Shown: in pieces, positions 1 to 7,117 of the stretch
Position numbering within the stretch: position 1 is the first letter of the stretch
Layout of the letters: every line of letters starts with the position of its first letter
IMG/VR virus record: IMGVR_UViG_3300044676_004790
Span: 1 to 28,300 of that record
Direction: 5' to 3' (one strand)
Origin: a virus
Lineage: Duplodnaviria; Caudoviricetes
DNA length: 28,300 nucleotides
Notes under the pieces: generated by a model
The model's database searches: none
What the model was told of the DNA's origin: nothing
The model's input: the letters and a program-made list of their open reading frames with translations, nothing else
Made by a program: the position numbers and the translations under genes

Positions 1-30
1 CACTTTTTTTAACTTATTTTAATCTTTTTA

Positions 31-59
31 TTGACACAATGTGCCGATATGGTTTTAAA
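31..59 (+). promoter_or_regulatory. Putative sigma70-type early promoter
   Basis: Perfect TTGACA at 31-36 after a T-rich UP-like tract. The -10 at 17-bp spacing (TTTAAA, 54-59) is poor. Lies upstream of the + strand early operon. Confidence 0.4.
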
Positions 60-114
60 GCGAATAGTTCAGCAATGGATGGGCTGAATAAGTTCTTTAA
101 AATTATTAATAAAC

Positions 115-226
115 GACCGGTTGGCGCGTATTATGTTTCGCACAATATGCATTATCTTCCTAGGCAGACACATTTTCTGAATAAGTAGGAAGGTTTAAAT
201 CTCCAGCCGGTTTCACACTAACCGGC
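115..226 (+). ncRNA. Putative structured 5' leader (multibranch, with alternative pairing)
   Basis: Stems 115-124/203-212, 126-135/141-150 and 156-162/186-192, plus an alternative stem 206-212/220-226 ending 2 nt before ATG 229. Confidence 0.4.
135..162 (+). other. Weak dif-like XerC/XerD site
   Basis: GTTTCGCACAA-TATGCA-TTATCTTCCTA in 11-6-11 layout, with a good XerC-like arm and a degenerate XerD-like arm. Confidence 0.3.
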
Positions 227-228
227 AA

Positions 229-420
229 ATGGAAACTAATTTAAACCAATATCACAATTTATTCCTCACTAAGAATGAGGTCAAAGAAATATTCAGATTA
301 AATTCTGATAAGGCTCTCAATGCTTTCAAGCGAGAGTTTGGAATCAGGAAAAGAGGTCAGCACTACCTAGCTTCCGATGTCCGAAAAGTAATTGCTATCT
401 TTTCCGAGGAGGTCGCATGA
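229..420 (+). CDS. Small excisionase/MerR-like HTH DNA-binding protein
   Basis: 63 aa with 'FLTKNEVKEIFRL...HYLASDV', typical of Xis/AlpA-type winged HTH. First gene of the operon. Confidence 0.55.
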   Translation: METNLNQYHNLFLTKNEVKEIFRLNSDKALNAFKREFGIRKRGQHYLASDVRKVIAIFSEEVA

Positions 421-878
421 AGGTCACCATCGGAATTGATCCAGGTAAGTCAGGCGGCTACGCAATCGGTTGGGGTGGATTGCACAGCATTAATCTGCAT
501 ACCCTCGGTGAGGACTTTGAATTTGTTGAGCATATTCAAGACCTCAAAGATCACCCCGATGTCACATCGCTCGAGGCAGTGGTCGAATTGGTTCCGCCTT
601 TTGCTGGTAAGATGATTCCTAGCTCATCTTCATTCAAACTAGGCGAGAACTATGGATTTATTCAAGGGGTACTTCGGATGGCAGAAATACCTTTCACACT
701 TGTCCGCCCACAGGAATGGCAAAAAGGATTAAGCGGACTTCAGGGCTTAACTTCAAACAAGCGGAAGAAAGTTCTGATGAACCATGCCAAGCGATTCTTC
801 CCCAATACCAATGGGAGGATAACCCTCAAGACTGCCGATGCGATCCTCATTTTAAGACACTTTCTTATTAATCAATAA
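417..878 (+). CDS. RuvC-like Holliday junction resolvase
   Basis: N-terminal 'IGIDPGKSGG', 'VVE', 'SSFKLGENYG', 'VRPQEWQK' and C-terminal 'ADAILI', the acidic RNase H-fold motifs of phage RuvC. Confidence 0.85.
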   Translation: MKVTIGIDPGKSGGYAIGWGGLHSINLHTLGEDFEFVEHIQDLKDHPDVTSLEAVVELVPPFAGKMIPSSSSFKLGENYGFIQGVLRMAEIPFTLVRPQEWQKGLSGLQGLTSNKRKKVLMNHAKRFFPNTNGRITLKTADAILILRHFLINQ

Positions 879-923
879 CAATGGGCCTCCACCCGTAAAA
901 ATGGAGATAGAAAACTAAATATC

Positions 924-1607
924 ATGGCTATATTACAGCAATCATCGAACGGAAGCGGACCTATAACCGGTTGGCCTCTAACTACACTCGCCCCGCAAGG
1001 ACAGACATTTGCAGTCTGCTTGGCGGTTAAAGACTCAATGAACATTCAGCGACCTTCCTACGAAGATCCGAGCATAATTGAAACGAAGAACTTCTGCCGT
1101 TTTTTATTCGGCCTTCCCGATGGGACAATGATTCAAACCGGTGAAATGACAATCAGCTTAAACGAAAAGAGTAAGTTGTTTAAGACTTTAACGAGTTGGA
1201 ACGGGACAATGCCATTTGGCGGATTTGATACCGAGAGCATGGTCGGTAAGGGAGCAACTCTGAACATCATGCATAAGACTAGCAAAAAAAATCGGGAGTA
1301 TGCAGATATCACGGCCATTATGCCAGTAATGGCGGGCATGGAAGCACAGATACCTGACAGATCAAGATTTGTCATCCCAACAGGGGACGAAGCACCCGCA
1401 CCTATTCAACAGGCTCCCGTGGTTCAACCGGTTCAACCGATGCAAGCTCCGATTCAGCAACAGCCGGTTCAAACTAATACGACTGTGAATGTTGATCAGC
1501 CTCAACCGGTTCCCGCCGTACAGCAACCTGTACAACAGCCCGCTCCGCAACAGCAGACAATGGGAACACAGTTCACCGGTCCAGCACCTGAAAATGTACC
1601 ATTCTGA
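924..1607 (+). CDS. Probable single-stranded DNA-binding/replication protein
   Basis: About 150-aa beta-rich domain, Q/P/V-rich linker and SSB-like C-terminal tip 'ENVPF'. Sits between resolvase and exonuclease. Confidence 0.6.
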   Translation: MAILQQSSNGSGPITGWPLTTLAPQGQTFAVCLAVKDSMNIQRPSYEDPSIIETKNFCRFLFGLPDGTMIQTGEMTISLNEKSKLFKTLTSWNGTMPFGGFDTESMVGKGATLNIMHKTSKKNREYADITAIMPVMAGMEAQIPDRSRFVIPTGDEAPAPIQQAPVVQPVQPMQAPIQQQPVQTNTTVNVDQPQPVPAVQQPVQQPAPQQQTMGTQFTGPAPENVPF

Positions 1608-1672
1608 TGAACCCGATAGCTATATTACTAATCATCGGTTGGGCGGCAATAATGGCCGACATGGTTCTATGA
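1607..1672 (+). CDS. 21-aa hydrophobic peptide (MNPIAILLIIGWAAIMADMVL)
   Basis: ATG overlaps the upstream TGA (TGATG), and its own TGA overlaps the next ATG (ATGA), so it is coupled at both ends. Confidence 0.5.
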   Translation: MNPIAILLIIGWAAIMADMVL

Positions 1673-1947
1673 GCATGACGATTGAAGATATTAAACGGAT
1701 TTCGGCTAACACTGTGGGGGTGAAAGTAGATGAGATCGAGGGGCGGGGGAAGACTCAAAAGGTCTCCCTCGCCCGTCAGATCGCTATTTATTTCACTCGG
1801 CAGATTAAAGGAGTGGAAGAGACGGGAAGGATTTTTAACCGCAACCATTCCAATGTCACGCACACTTGCAAACGAATTGAGGACTTCCTCGAATGCGACC
1901 GAGAGTTTGGGGCAATAATCCGTAAAGTGGGAGAACAGATTAAATGA
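1669..1947 (+). CDS. Stand-alone DnaA domain IV (C-terminal HTH)-like protein
   Basis: 'IEDIKRISANTVGVKVDEIEGRGKTQKVSLARQIAIYFTRQ...ETGRIFNRNHSNVTHTCKRIE' follows the DnaA domain IV signature (ARQIAMYL...IG..F.RDHTTV.HA..KI). True start is likely ATG 1669 or 1675, not 1489. Confidence 0.8.
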   Translation: MSMTIEDIKRISANTVGVKVDEIEGRGKTQKVSLARQIAIYFTRQIKGVEETGRIFNRNHSNVTHTCKRIEDFLECDREFGAIIRKVGEQIK

Positions 1948-2045
1948 AATATCTGAAAAGAGGAATCCACCTGGTATACTTTTTATACCGATGCGGAAAG
2001 GAGGTAATCCGTGGCTATTCTTACAGAAAAACCGAAAAGAGGTAG
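1944..2045 (+). CDS. Possible 33-aa basic peptide (MKYLKRGIHLVYFLYRCGKEVIRGYSYRKTEKR)
   Basis: ATGA overlap with the upstream stop; fills the gap before the exonuclease but overlaps its start. Confidence 0.3.
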   Translation: MKYLKRGIHLVYFLYRCGKEVIRGYSYRKTEKR

Positions 2046-2835
2046 TGGTGGGCATTGGTACACTTCCGAAGGGAAGGCCATGCACACCATGCCTCTAGCC
2101 AAGGGAGATGGTGAACGGAATACAACTCTCCGAGATGCCAAGAAATTGGGATTATACCCATCGGTTACAACTCTTCTTGGCCTGTTTGCCAAGCCAGGTC
2201 TTGACCGCTGGAAACAGGATCAGCTTCTTAATATAGCATTCAGCAATCCTCCGAAAGCCGGCGAAAGTTACGAAGACTATGCAAACCGATGCCTCGTTGA
2301 GCATGAAAAACCTGTCGAAGAAGCGGCAGACTTTGGCACTAAAGTTCACGATGCAATCGAGTCCTATTGGAAAGGGAAGCATATACCGGATGAGTTATTG
2401 GAATACATCCAACCCGCTCTCGATTGGAAACAGGAAAACCAACTGTCCTTCATCGAATTTGAGCTAATGCTCGTATCAAAAGCTCATGGGTATGCGGGAA
2501 CAGTCGATATCGTAGGTCGTGGGAAAGATAATCAGATGTTCATTCTCGACTGGAAAACTCGTAAGACTCAAGAGGGAAAGAAAGTAACCGCATATGATTT
2601 TCAGATTCATCAGATTGCGGCATATGCCGCTTGCTATTGGGGCGAGGAAAATGTTCTGAACCATCGGGTACATGGAGCGAATGCTTTTATATCTAGCACG
2701 GAAAAAGGTCGCTTTGAAGTAATTCGCTACAGCCCTGAAGACTTAGCCAAAGCATGGAAAGTTTTTCGCTCAATCTGCGAAGTATGGAGATCTCTGAAAG
2801 GATATGACCCCCGAACCCATGCCAACAATGGATGA
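2011..2835 (+). CDS. PD-(D/E)XK (Cas4/RecB-like) exonuclease
   Basis: 'PSVTTLL', 'GTKVHDAIE', 'YAGTVD', 'ILDWKT' and 'QIAAYA'. GTG start with strong GGAGGT SD. Confidence 0.88.
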   Translation: MAILTEKPKRGSGGHWYTSEGKAMHTMPLAKGDGERNTTLRDAKKLGLYPSVTTLLGLFAKPGLDRWKQDQLLNIAFSNPPKAGESYEDYANRCLVEHEKPVEEAADFGTKVHDAIESYWKGKHIPDELLEYIQPALDWKQENQLSFIEFELMLVSKAHGYAGTVDIVGRGKDNQMFILDWKTRKTQEGKKVTAYDFQIHQIAAYAACYWGEENVLNHRVHGANAFISSTEKGRFEVIRYSPEDLAKAWKVFRSICEVWRSLKGYDPRTHANNG

Positions 2836-2956
2836 GGAATATGAGCACGACGAGTACCACGACGAACTCATTGCCGATCGCCGGAGAAGGCGGGGAGAAG
2901 GTTGGCGGAATCCAAAACCCGAAGAGGAGGAAGAAGATGAAGAGATTCAAGAGTAA
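2828..2956 (+). CDS. 42-aa highly charged peptide (MDEEYEHDEYHDELIADRRRRRGEGWRNPKPEEEEEDEEIQE)
   Basis: Open frame from ATG 2828 to TAA 2956 that overlaps both neighbours by a few codons. Confidence 0.5.
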   Translation: MDEEYEHDEYHDELIADRRRRRGEGWRNPKPEEEEEDEEIQE

Positions 2957-3143
2957 GAGCTACCTTCTGCCCGACTCGGTGATGGAGACTAATATCTGCG
3001 TGAATATGCCTGATAAAATTAAGGAAGCCCTGAAAAGGCGGTCTTATAGTCAGAAACAAGGCGTGTCCAGGTATGTATTAAATCTAATTACGGCGGATCT
3101 CCGCAAGGTAGATAAGGAAATAGAGAAATACTTAGGGGAATGA
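2937..3143 (+). CDS. Ribbon-helix-helix (Arc/CopG-like) regulator
   Basis: 'NICVNMPDKIKEALKRRSYSQKQGVSRYVLNLITADL' has a beta-alpha-alpha pattern. ATG 2937 is preceded by GAGGAGG. Confidence 0.6.
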   Translation: MKRFKSKSYLLPDSVMETNICVNMPDKIKEALKRRSYSQKQGVSRYVLNLITADLRKVDKEIEKYLGE

Positions 3144-3322
3144 ATCCGGATGCTTGGTACAGTTTCCATTTCGAGGTCAAACAAGCTTACGACCTCTTTT
3201 GGACAAAGAACCAACTGGCTTACGAAGATGGGCGGATCGTTAGGACCAAAATTCCGAGGGTCCGCCCAAAAGCCAAGCATGAATTAGATTTCAGAAACAA
3301 AGGGAAAAAGATAGATGGCTAA
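3140..3322 (+). CDS. Hypothetical protein
   Basis: 60-aa ORF coupled to both neighbours by overlap. Confidence 0.6.
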   Translation: MNPDAWYSFHFEVKQAYDLFWTKNQLAYEDGRIVRTKIPRVRPKAKHELDFRNKGKKIDG

Positions 3323-4031
3323 ATTTATCAGTTTATTTGCCGGGGTCGGTGGATTCGATCTAGGCATGGAACAGGCGGGGCATGAATGCGTTGCCCAAGT
3401 GGAATGGGATAAGAATGCGGCGGGTGTATTAAAGCACAGATGGCCGAATGTTCCCTTGTTCTGCGATGTATCAAAAGTATCGGCGGATGATCTGCCCGAT
3501 GCGGATTTTATAACATACGGATTTCCATGCCAGGACTTGAGCGTGGCCGGTAAAAGAGAGGGATTAGATGGAAAACGATCAGGATTATTCTATGAAGCAA
3601 CTAGACTTATTCGGGAACTGCGAACCCGAGGATGCGGGCTACGCTTTGCACTGGCAGAAAATGTTGCCGGGCTGTTCAGTGCAGATGATGGTGTCGCACT
3701 TGCAAGGTGCATCCGAGAGCTACTCGACTGCGGGGCTTGTGAAACAGGATGGAGGTTACTCGACAGCCAGTATTTCGGTGTGGCCCAAAGACGGAAGCGC
3801 GTGTTCATTGTCTCAGATTTTGGAGGCGAATCCGTTGACGAAATACTCGCTATCACCGAAAGCCTGCCAGGGCATCCTGCGCCGAGCCGAGAAGCGGGGA
3901 AAGGAACTGCCGGAGATGCTGGAGCGGGCTTTACAGCGAGTAGCTTCGGAGGGTACGAACAAGGATGCGGAACTCTGCGAAGCCAAGGCGGAGATTTAGG
4001 CGGAGGGAGTGAGATATTAGTGGGACGATAA
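3315..4031 (+). CDS. C5 cytosine DNA methyltransferase, N-terminal catalytic part (motifs I-VIII)
   Basis: Motif I 'SLFAGVGG', IV 'GFPCQD', VI 'ENV' and VIII 'QRRKRVF'. Ends at TAA 4029-4031 without motifs IX and X. Confidence 0.92.
   Translation: MAKFISLFAGVGGFDLGMEQAGHECVAQVEWDKNAAGVLKHRWPNVPLFCDVSKVSADDLPDADFITYGFPCQDLSVAGKREGLDGKRSGLFYEATRLIRELRTRGCGLRFALAENVAGLFSADDGVALARCIRELLDCGACETGWRLLDSQYFGVAQRRKRVFIVSDFGGESVDEILAITESLPGHPAPSREAGKGTAGDAGAGFTASSFGGYEQGCGTLRSQGGDLGGGSEILVGR
3568..3999 (+). CDS. Nested alternative-frame MTase polypeptide (M.EcoHK31I beta-like)
   Basis: 143-aa ORF in the +1 frame entirely within the MTase, with GAGGG upstream of the ATG. C-terminal 'SLSQILE...KYSLSPKACQGILRRAEKRGKELPEMLERAL'. 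Confidence 0.65.
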   Translation: MENDQDYSMKQLDLFGNCEPEDAGYALHWQKMLPGCSVQMMVSHLQGASESYSTAGLVKQDGGYSTASISVWPKDGSACSLSQILEANPLTKYSLSPKACQGILRRAEKRGKELPEMLERALQRVASEGTNKDAELCEAKAEI

Positions 4032-4039
4032 ATTGTCAG

Positions 4040-4318
4040 ATGAACTCGGAGTCGAGCAATCTGCAAATGGGAGTCCGAGAAAACCTAACCGTCCGCCGAC
4101 TCACTCCAATCGAATGCGAACGCCTACAGGGATTCCCTGATAATTGGACAGCCGAAAAGATGGAACTGATCCTTGAGGGGAACGAGTGGAAGGCTACCGG
4201 CAAGGTGGTCAAACAGGCAGATGGTCCACGCTACAAGGCGATGGGCAATGCCGTCACCGTCAATGTGGCTGAGTGGATAGGCAAACAGATTGGAAAGGTA
4301 TTAAATGAAACGAAATAA
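4040..4318 (+). CDS. C5 methyltransferase C-terminal part (motifs IX-X)
   Basis: 'RRLTPIECERLQGFPDNWT' (IX) and 'RYKAMGNAVTVNVAEWIG' (X), in the third frame, which is open from 4013. Confidence 0.85.
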   Translation: MNSESSNLQMGVRENLTVRRLTPIECERLQGFPDNWTAEKMELILEGNEWKATGKVVKQADGPRYKAMGNAVTVNVAEWIGKQIGKVLNETK

Positions 4319-4454
4319 AATGCAGAAACAACTCAAACAGCCCCTTCATCATAAGGGCTATCTAACCAACCCACATGGGTATAACACGCCAATAATGACA
4401 ACCAAGGCTCCGGCAGTAGCACCTGAGCTTAAACCCATGAAGGGGGAGAAATGA
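4305..4454 (+). CDS. Hypothetical 49-aa protein
   Basis: MKRNKMQKQLKQPLHHKGYLTNPHG...KGEK; its stop overlaps the next ATG (ATGA). Confidence 0.45.
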   Translation: MKRNKMQKQLKQPLHHKGYLTNPHGYNTPIMTTKAPAVAPELKPMKGEK

Positions 4455-4663
4455 ATACAGACTTTAAAATGGGCAGAGGCTTACCTCGAGGGGAGAAAGT
4501 AGTCGTAAAGGTGGGAAGCAGACAGGCGGACATCCTACTCGACTTGGATAAGATGGTTTGGGCGGTGACTTTCGATAAGTCCGAATTACCAGTCCTAGAA
4601 TATCCGACTCTACAGAATGCGGTAATGTCCGCAGAAACAATTTTAAAGGAGGATCGGAATTGA
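4451..4663 (+). CDS. Hypothetical protein
   Basis: 70 aa, GGGGAG SD, overlaps the polymerase start. Confidence 0.65.
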   Translation: MNTDFKMGRGLPRGEKVVVKVGSRQADILLDLDKMVWAVTFDKSELPVLEYPTLQNAVMSAETILKEDRN

Positions 4664-6414
4664 TCGCCCTGGATGTGGAAACAGTTTGGTCGAAGAGTTA
4701 CTCAGTGGCCACGATGGGACTCGACCGATATGCCAAGCACCCTGACTTCAGAGTAACCATTGTTTCCTTGGTAGCCGATGACGGATTTGAATGGGTAGGA
4801 GATCCGAGGGACTTACCGGTCGAACGCTTAAACGGCCAATCAATCTGCGCCCATAATGCTGAGTTTGATTCGGTATGTTGCAGAATGGCAATGGCGAGGG
4901 GGCAGATGCCACAGTTCACTCCCAAGGAATGGATTTGCACGGCGGATATGGCAAGCTGGCATCAGTTGCCGAGGTCATTGGCGGGATGTTATAAGGAACT
5001 ATTTGGCGAGGAGTTGAACAAGGATGCCCGTAATGAAATGAGCGGATTGCGACCCGAGGAGATCTTTCAGAATGAATCGTTTAAGCAGTATGCACTCGGC
5101 GATTCCCGAGCGTGTATTCGCATTTACAATGAATTAAAATTATCCTTCCCCGAAAAGGAATTTCTATTGTCCGCATTTACCCGAAGGACTGCAAGCCGAG
5201 GGATGGCAATCGATCAGAAACTTTGCCAGGAGTATATTAATAAGACCAAGGAGATCATGAAAGAGGTCGAAGACTTTCTCCCTTGGGTCGGTCCACAGGG
5301 CGGGGAGCCAACATCTCCGATGGCATTGGCAGATTATTTAAAGATGCAGAATGTCGAGCCTCCTGTCTCCACCAATGAAGGTGATGAGGAAACCATTTTA
5401 TGGAAGGCTAGGAATCCACAATATGCCCCAATCCTTGATGCAATGAGCCGATGGAGGAAAGCGAATAAGGCCAATAAAACCTACACCGCTATGATCCTTC
5501 GAGTTCGACCCGACCATCGAGTTTCCACCCGTCTGAAGTACTGCGGTGCGCCGCATACCGGTCGCTGGAGTGGAGCGGGCGGGTTAAACTTTCAGGGCAT
5601 TCCTCGGGACGAGGTGGAAGGTACATCGGCCAAGAAATGTCTGACTCCTGGTAAAGGCAGAGTCATGGTCTCTGCGGATCTCTCACAAATAGAACCCCGT
5701 GTTTTAGCGTACTTGTGCGGGGACTTTGATTTCCTTGGTTTGGTCAGAGGCGGGATCGACTTATACGAGGCACATGGCCGAGCGACTGGACTTTACAACG
5801 AGGATGAACCAATGAAGGATTTAGCCCCCGAACTTCGCCATCTCTGTAAGGCTCGTGTGTTGGGCTTGGGCTATGGATGCGGACCAAAGAAATTCGGCCA
5901 AGTGGCACAGGCTTTGACCGGTGGGAAATTAAAAATGACCGATTCTGAGAGCCGAAAACAGGTCAAAGATTTCCGCCAGCAGAATCCAAAAATTGTCGAG
6001 CTTTGGAAAAAGTGTGAAGACCACATCCGAGAGGAGGCAAGGCAGACTCCCGAGTGTGCAGTGATGCACATGAGATCCGGCAATGTGATCAGATATTTTA
6101 ATGTAAAAGATAATGGCCGAGAATTAACCGGTCAGAAGGTAAGAGGGCAAGGGTCGATGAAATTATATGGGGGCTTGCTTACCGAAAACCTAGTCCAGGC
6201 AACAGCGAGAGATATTATGGCGGATTCGCTCCTCAAGATTGAAGCCGCTGGACTCCCTGTTGTCCTCCATGTCCACGATTCGGTCACAGTCGAAGTTGCG
6301 GAGAATGAGGGACAAGCGGCACTCGATTTAATGATCAAACTATTAACCGAAGAACCTCTCTATTTGCCAGGGCTCCCCTTGGCGGCAGAGGGGGAAATCA
6401 AAAACCACTACTAA
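4660..6414 (+). CDS. polA: Family A DNA polymerase with 3'-5' exonuclease
   Basis: Exo I 'LDVET', Exo II 'HNAEFD', Exo III 'YALGD'; 'TGRWS', motif A 'DLSQIEPRV', motif B 'RHLCKARVLGLGYG' and motif C 'VHDS'. TTG start after AAGGAGG. Confidence 0.95.
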   Translation: MIALDVETVWSKSYSVATMGLDRYAKHPDFRVTIVSLVADDGFEWVGDPRDLPVERLNGQSICAHNAEFDSVCCRMAMARGQMPQFTPKEWICTADMASWHQLPRSLAGCYKELFGEELNKDARNEMSGLRPEEIFQNESFKQYALGDSRACIRIYNELKLSFPEKEFLLSAFTRRTASRGMAIDQKLCQEYINKTKEIMKEVEDFLPWVGPQGGEPTSPMALADYLKMQNVEPPVSTNEGDEETILWKARNPQYAPILDAMSRWRKANKANKTYTAMILRVRPDHRVSTRLKYCGAPHTGRWSGAGGLNFQGIPRDEVEGTSAKKCLTPGKGRVMVSADLSQIEPRVLAYLCGDFDFLGLVRGGIDLYEAHGRATGLYNEDEPMKDLAPELRHLCKARVLGLGYGCGPKKFGQVAQALTGGKLKMTDSESRKQVKDFRQQNPKIVELWKKCEDHIREEARQTPECAVMHMRSGNVIRYFNVKDNGRELTGQKVRGQGSMKLYGGLLTENLVQATARDIMADSLLKIEAAGLPVVLHVHDSVTVEVAENEGQAALDLMIKLLTEEPLYLPGLPLAAEGEIKNHY

Positions 6415-6416
6415 AT

Positions 6417-6593
6417 ATGGAAGAACTAAAAAAACTAATCAGCGACACAATTAATCCTTGGCTCAAGATTTTGCCGAAAGAAACCCATGAGGAGTTTGCC
6501 AAAAAGTTTGAGGTATTAATTAACGAGATGTTTAAGGCCAGACTTAGGCAATTAGCTGAAACATTATCCGACCAAAGCGAGGAGAGAGATTAA
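6417..6593 (+). CDS. Hypothetical 58-aa helical protein
   Basis: MEELKKLISDTINPWLKILPKETHEEFAKKFEVLINEMFKARLRQLAETLSDQSEERD fills the polymerase-HNH gap. Confidence 0.55.
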   Translation: MEELKKLISDTINPWLKILPKETHEEFAKKFEVLINEMFKARLRQLAETLSDQSEERD

Positions 6594-6604
6594 AAGGATT
6601 AAGG

Positions 6605-7117
6605 ATGGGATGCCACAAAGCAATATCGTTTAAGCAGTGCGATGAGCCTAGTCGCTGGGTCAGAGTTAAAACCCATCCGTACTACTCGCAAGGGAGTGGC
6701 ATTAGCCATAAGAAGCAATGCCTCCTTTGCGGGGCTTGCGGGGTGCTGACTGCGGATTATCCCCCGACTGGAGTTGAAGTTATCGATGAAGATAAGGCTA
6801 AAGAATATGAGAATCAAAAAAACATCGAACGACAGAATCAAATTCAGGAAGAGCTTAAAGCTCGGCAAGCCCGTAAGGAGGAAGAGCATTTACAGTGGAA
6901 GGATTCATATAACAGATATCTCAATTCGGAGGTTTGGAAGGATAAAAGAGGTTTAATTCTCCAACGAGATAAGAACATCTGCCAGTGCTGTCTCAAAAGA
7001 CAAGCGACTGAAGTCCATCATATGACCTACGAATCTTATAATCAATCTCCAGGCAGTGAACCGGCATGGGAATTAGTATCCGTTTGCCGATCATGCCACG
7101 AAAGGCAACACGCATGA
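6605..7117 (+). CDS. HNH endonuclease with N-terminal Zn-ribbon and coiled coil
   Basis: 'YLNSEVWKDKRGLILQRDKNICQCC...ATEVHHMTY...ELVSVCRSCH'; N-terminal 'KQCLLCG'. Confidence 0.88.
   Translation: MGCHKAISFKQCDEPSRWVRVKTHPYYSQGSGISHKKQCLLCGACGVLTADYPPTGVEVIDEDKAKEYENQKNIERQNQIQEELKARQARKEEEHLQWKDSYNRYLNSEVWKDKRGLILQRDKNICQCCLKRQATEVHHMTYESYNQSPGSEPAWELVSVCRSCHERQHA

Noticed and set aside
1489-1668. N-terminal extension of the DnaA-like ORF in the track
   Set aside because: Overlaps the SSB tail and the coupled micro-ORF; the domain starts at ATG 1669/1675.
1573-2085. 170-aa minus-strand ORF
   Set aside because: Antisense shadow of well-supported + strand genes, with no motifs.
3590-4066. 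158-aa antisense ORF over the MTase
   Set aside because: Low-complexity S/P/A sequence expected from a GC-rich dual-coding region; no motif.
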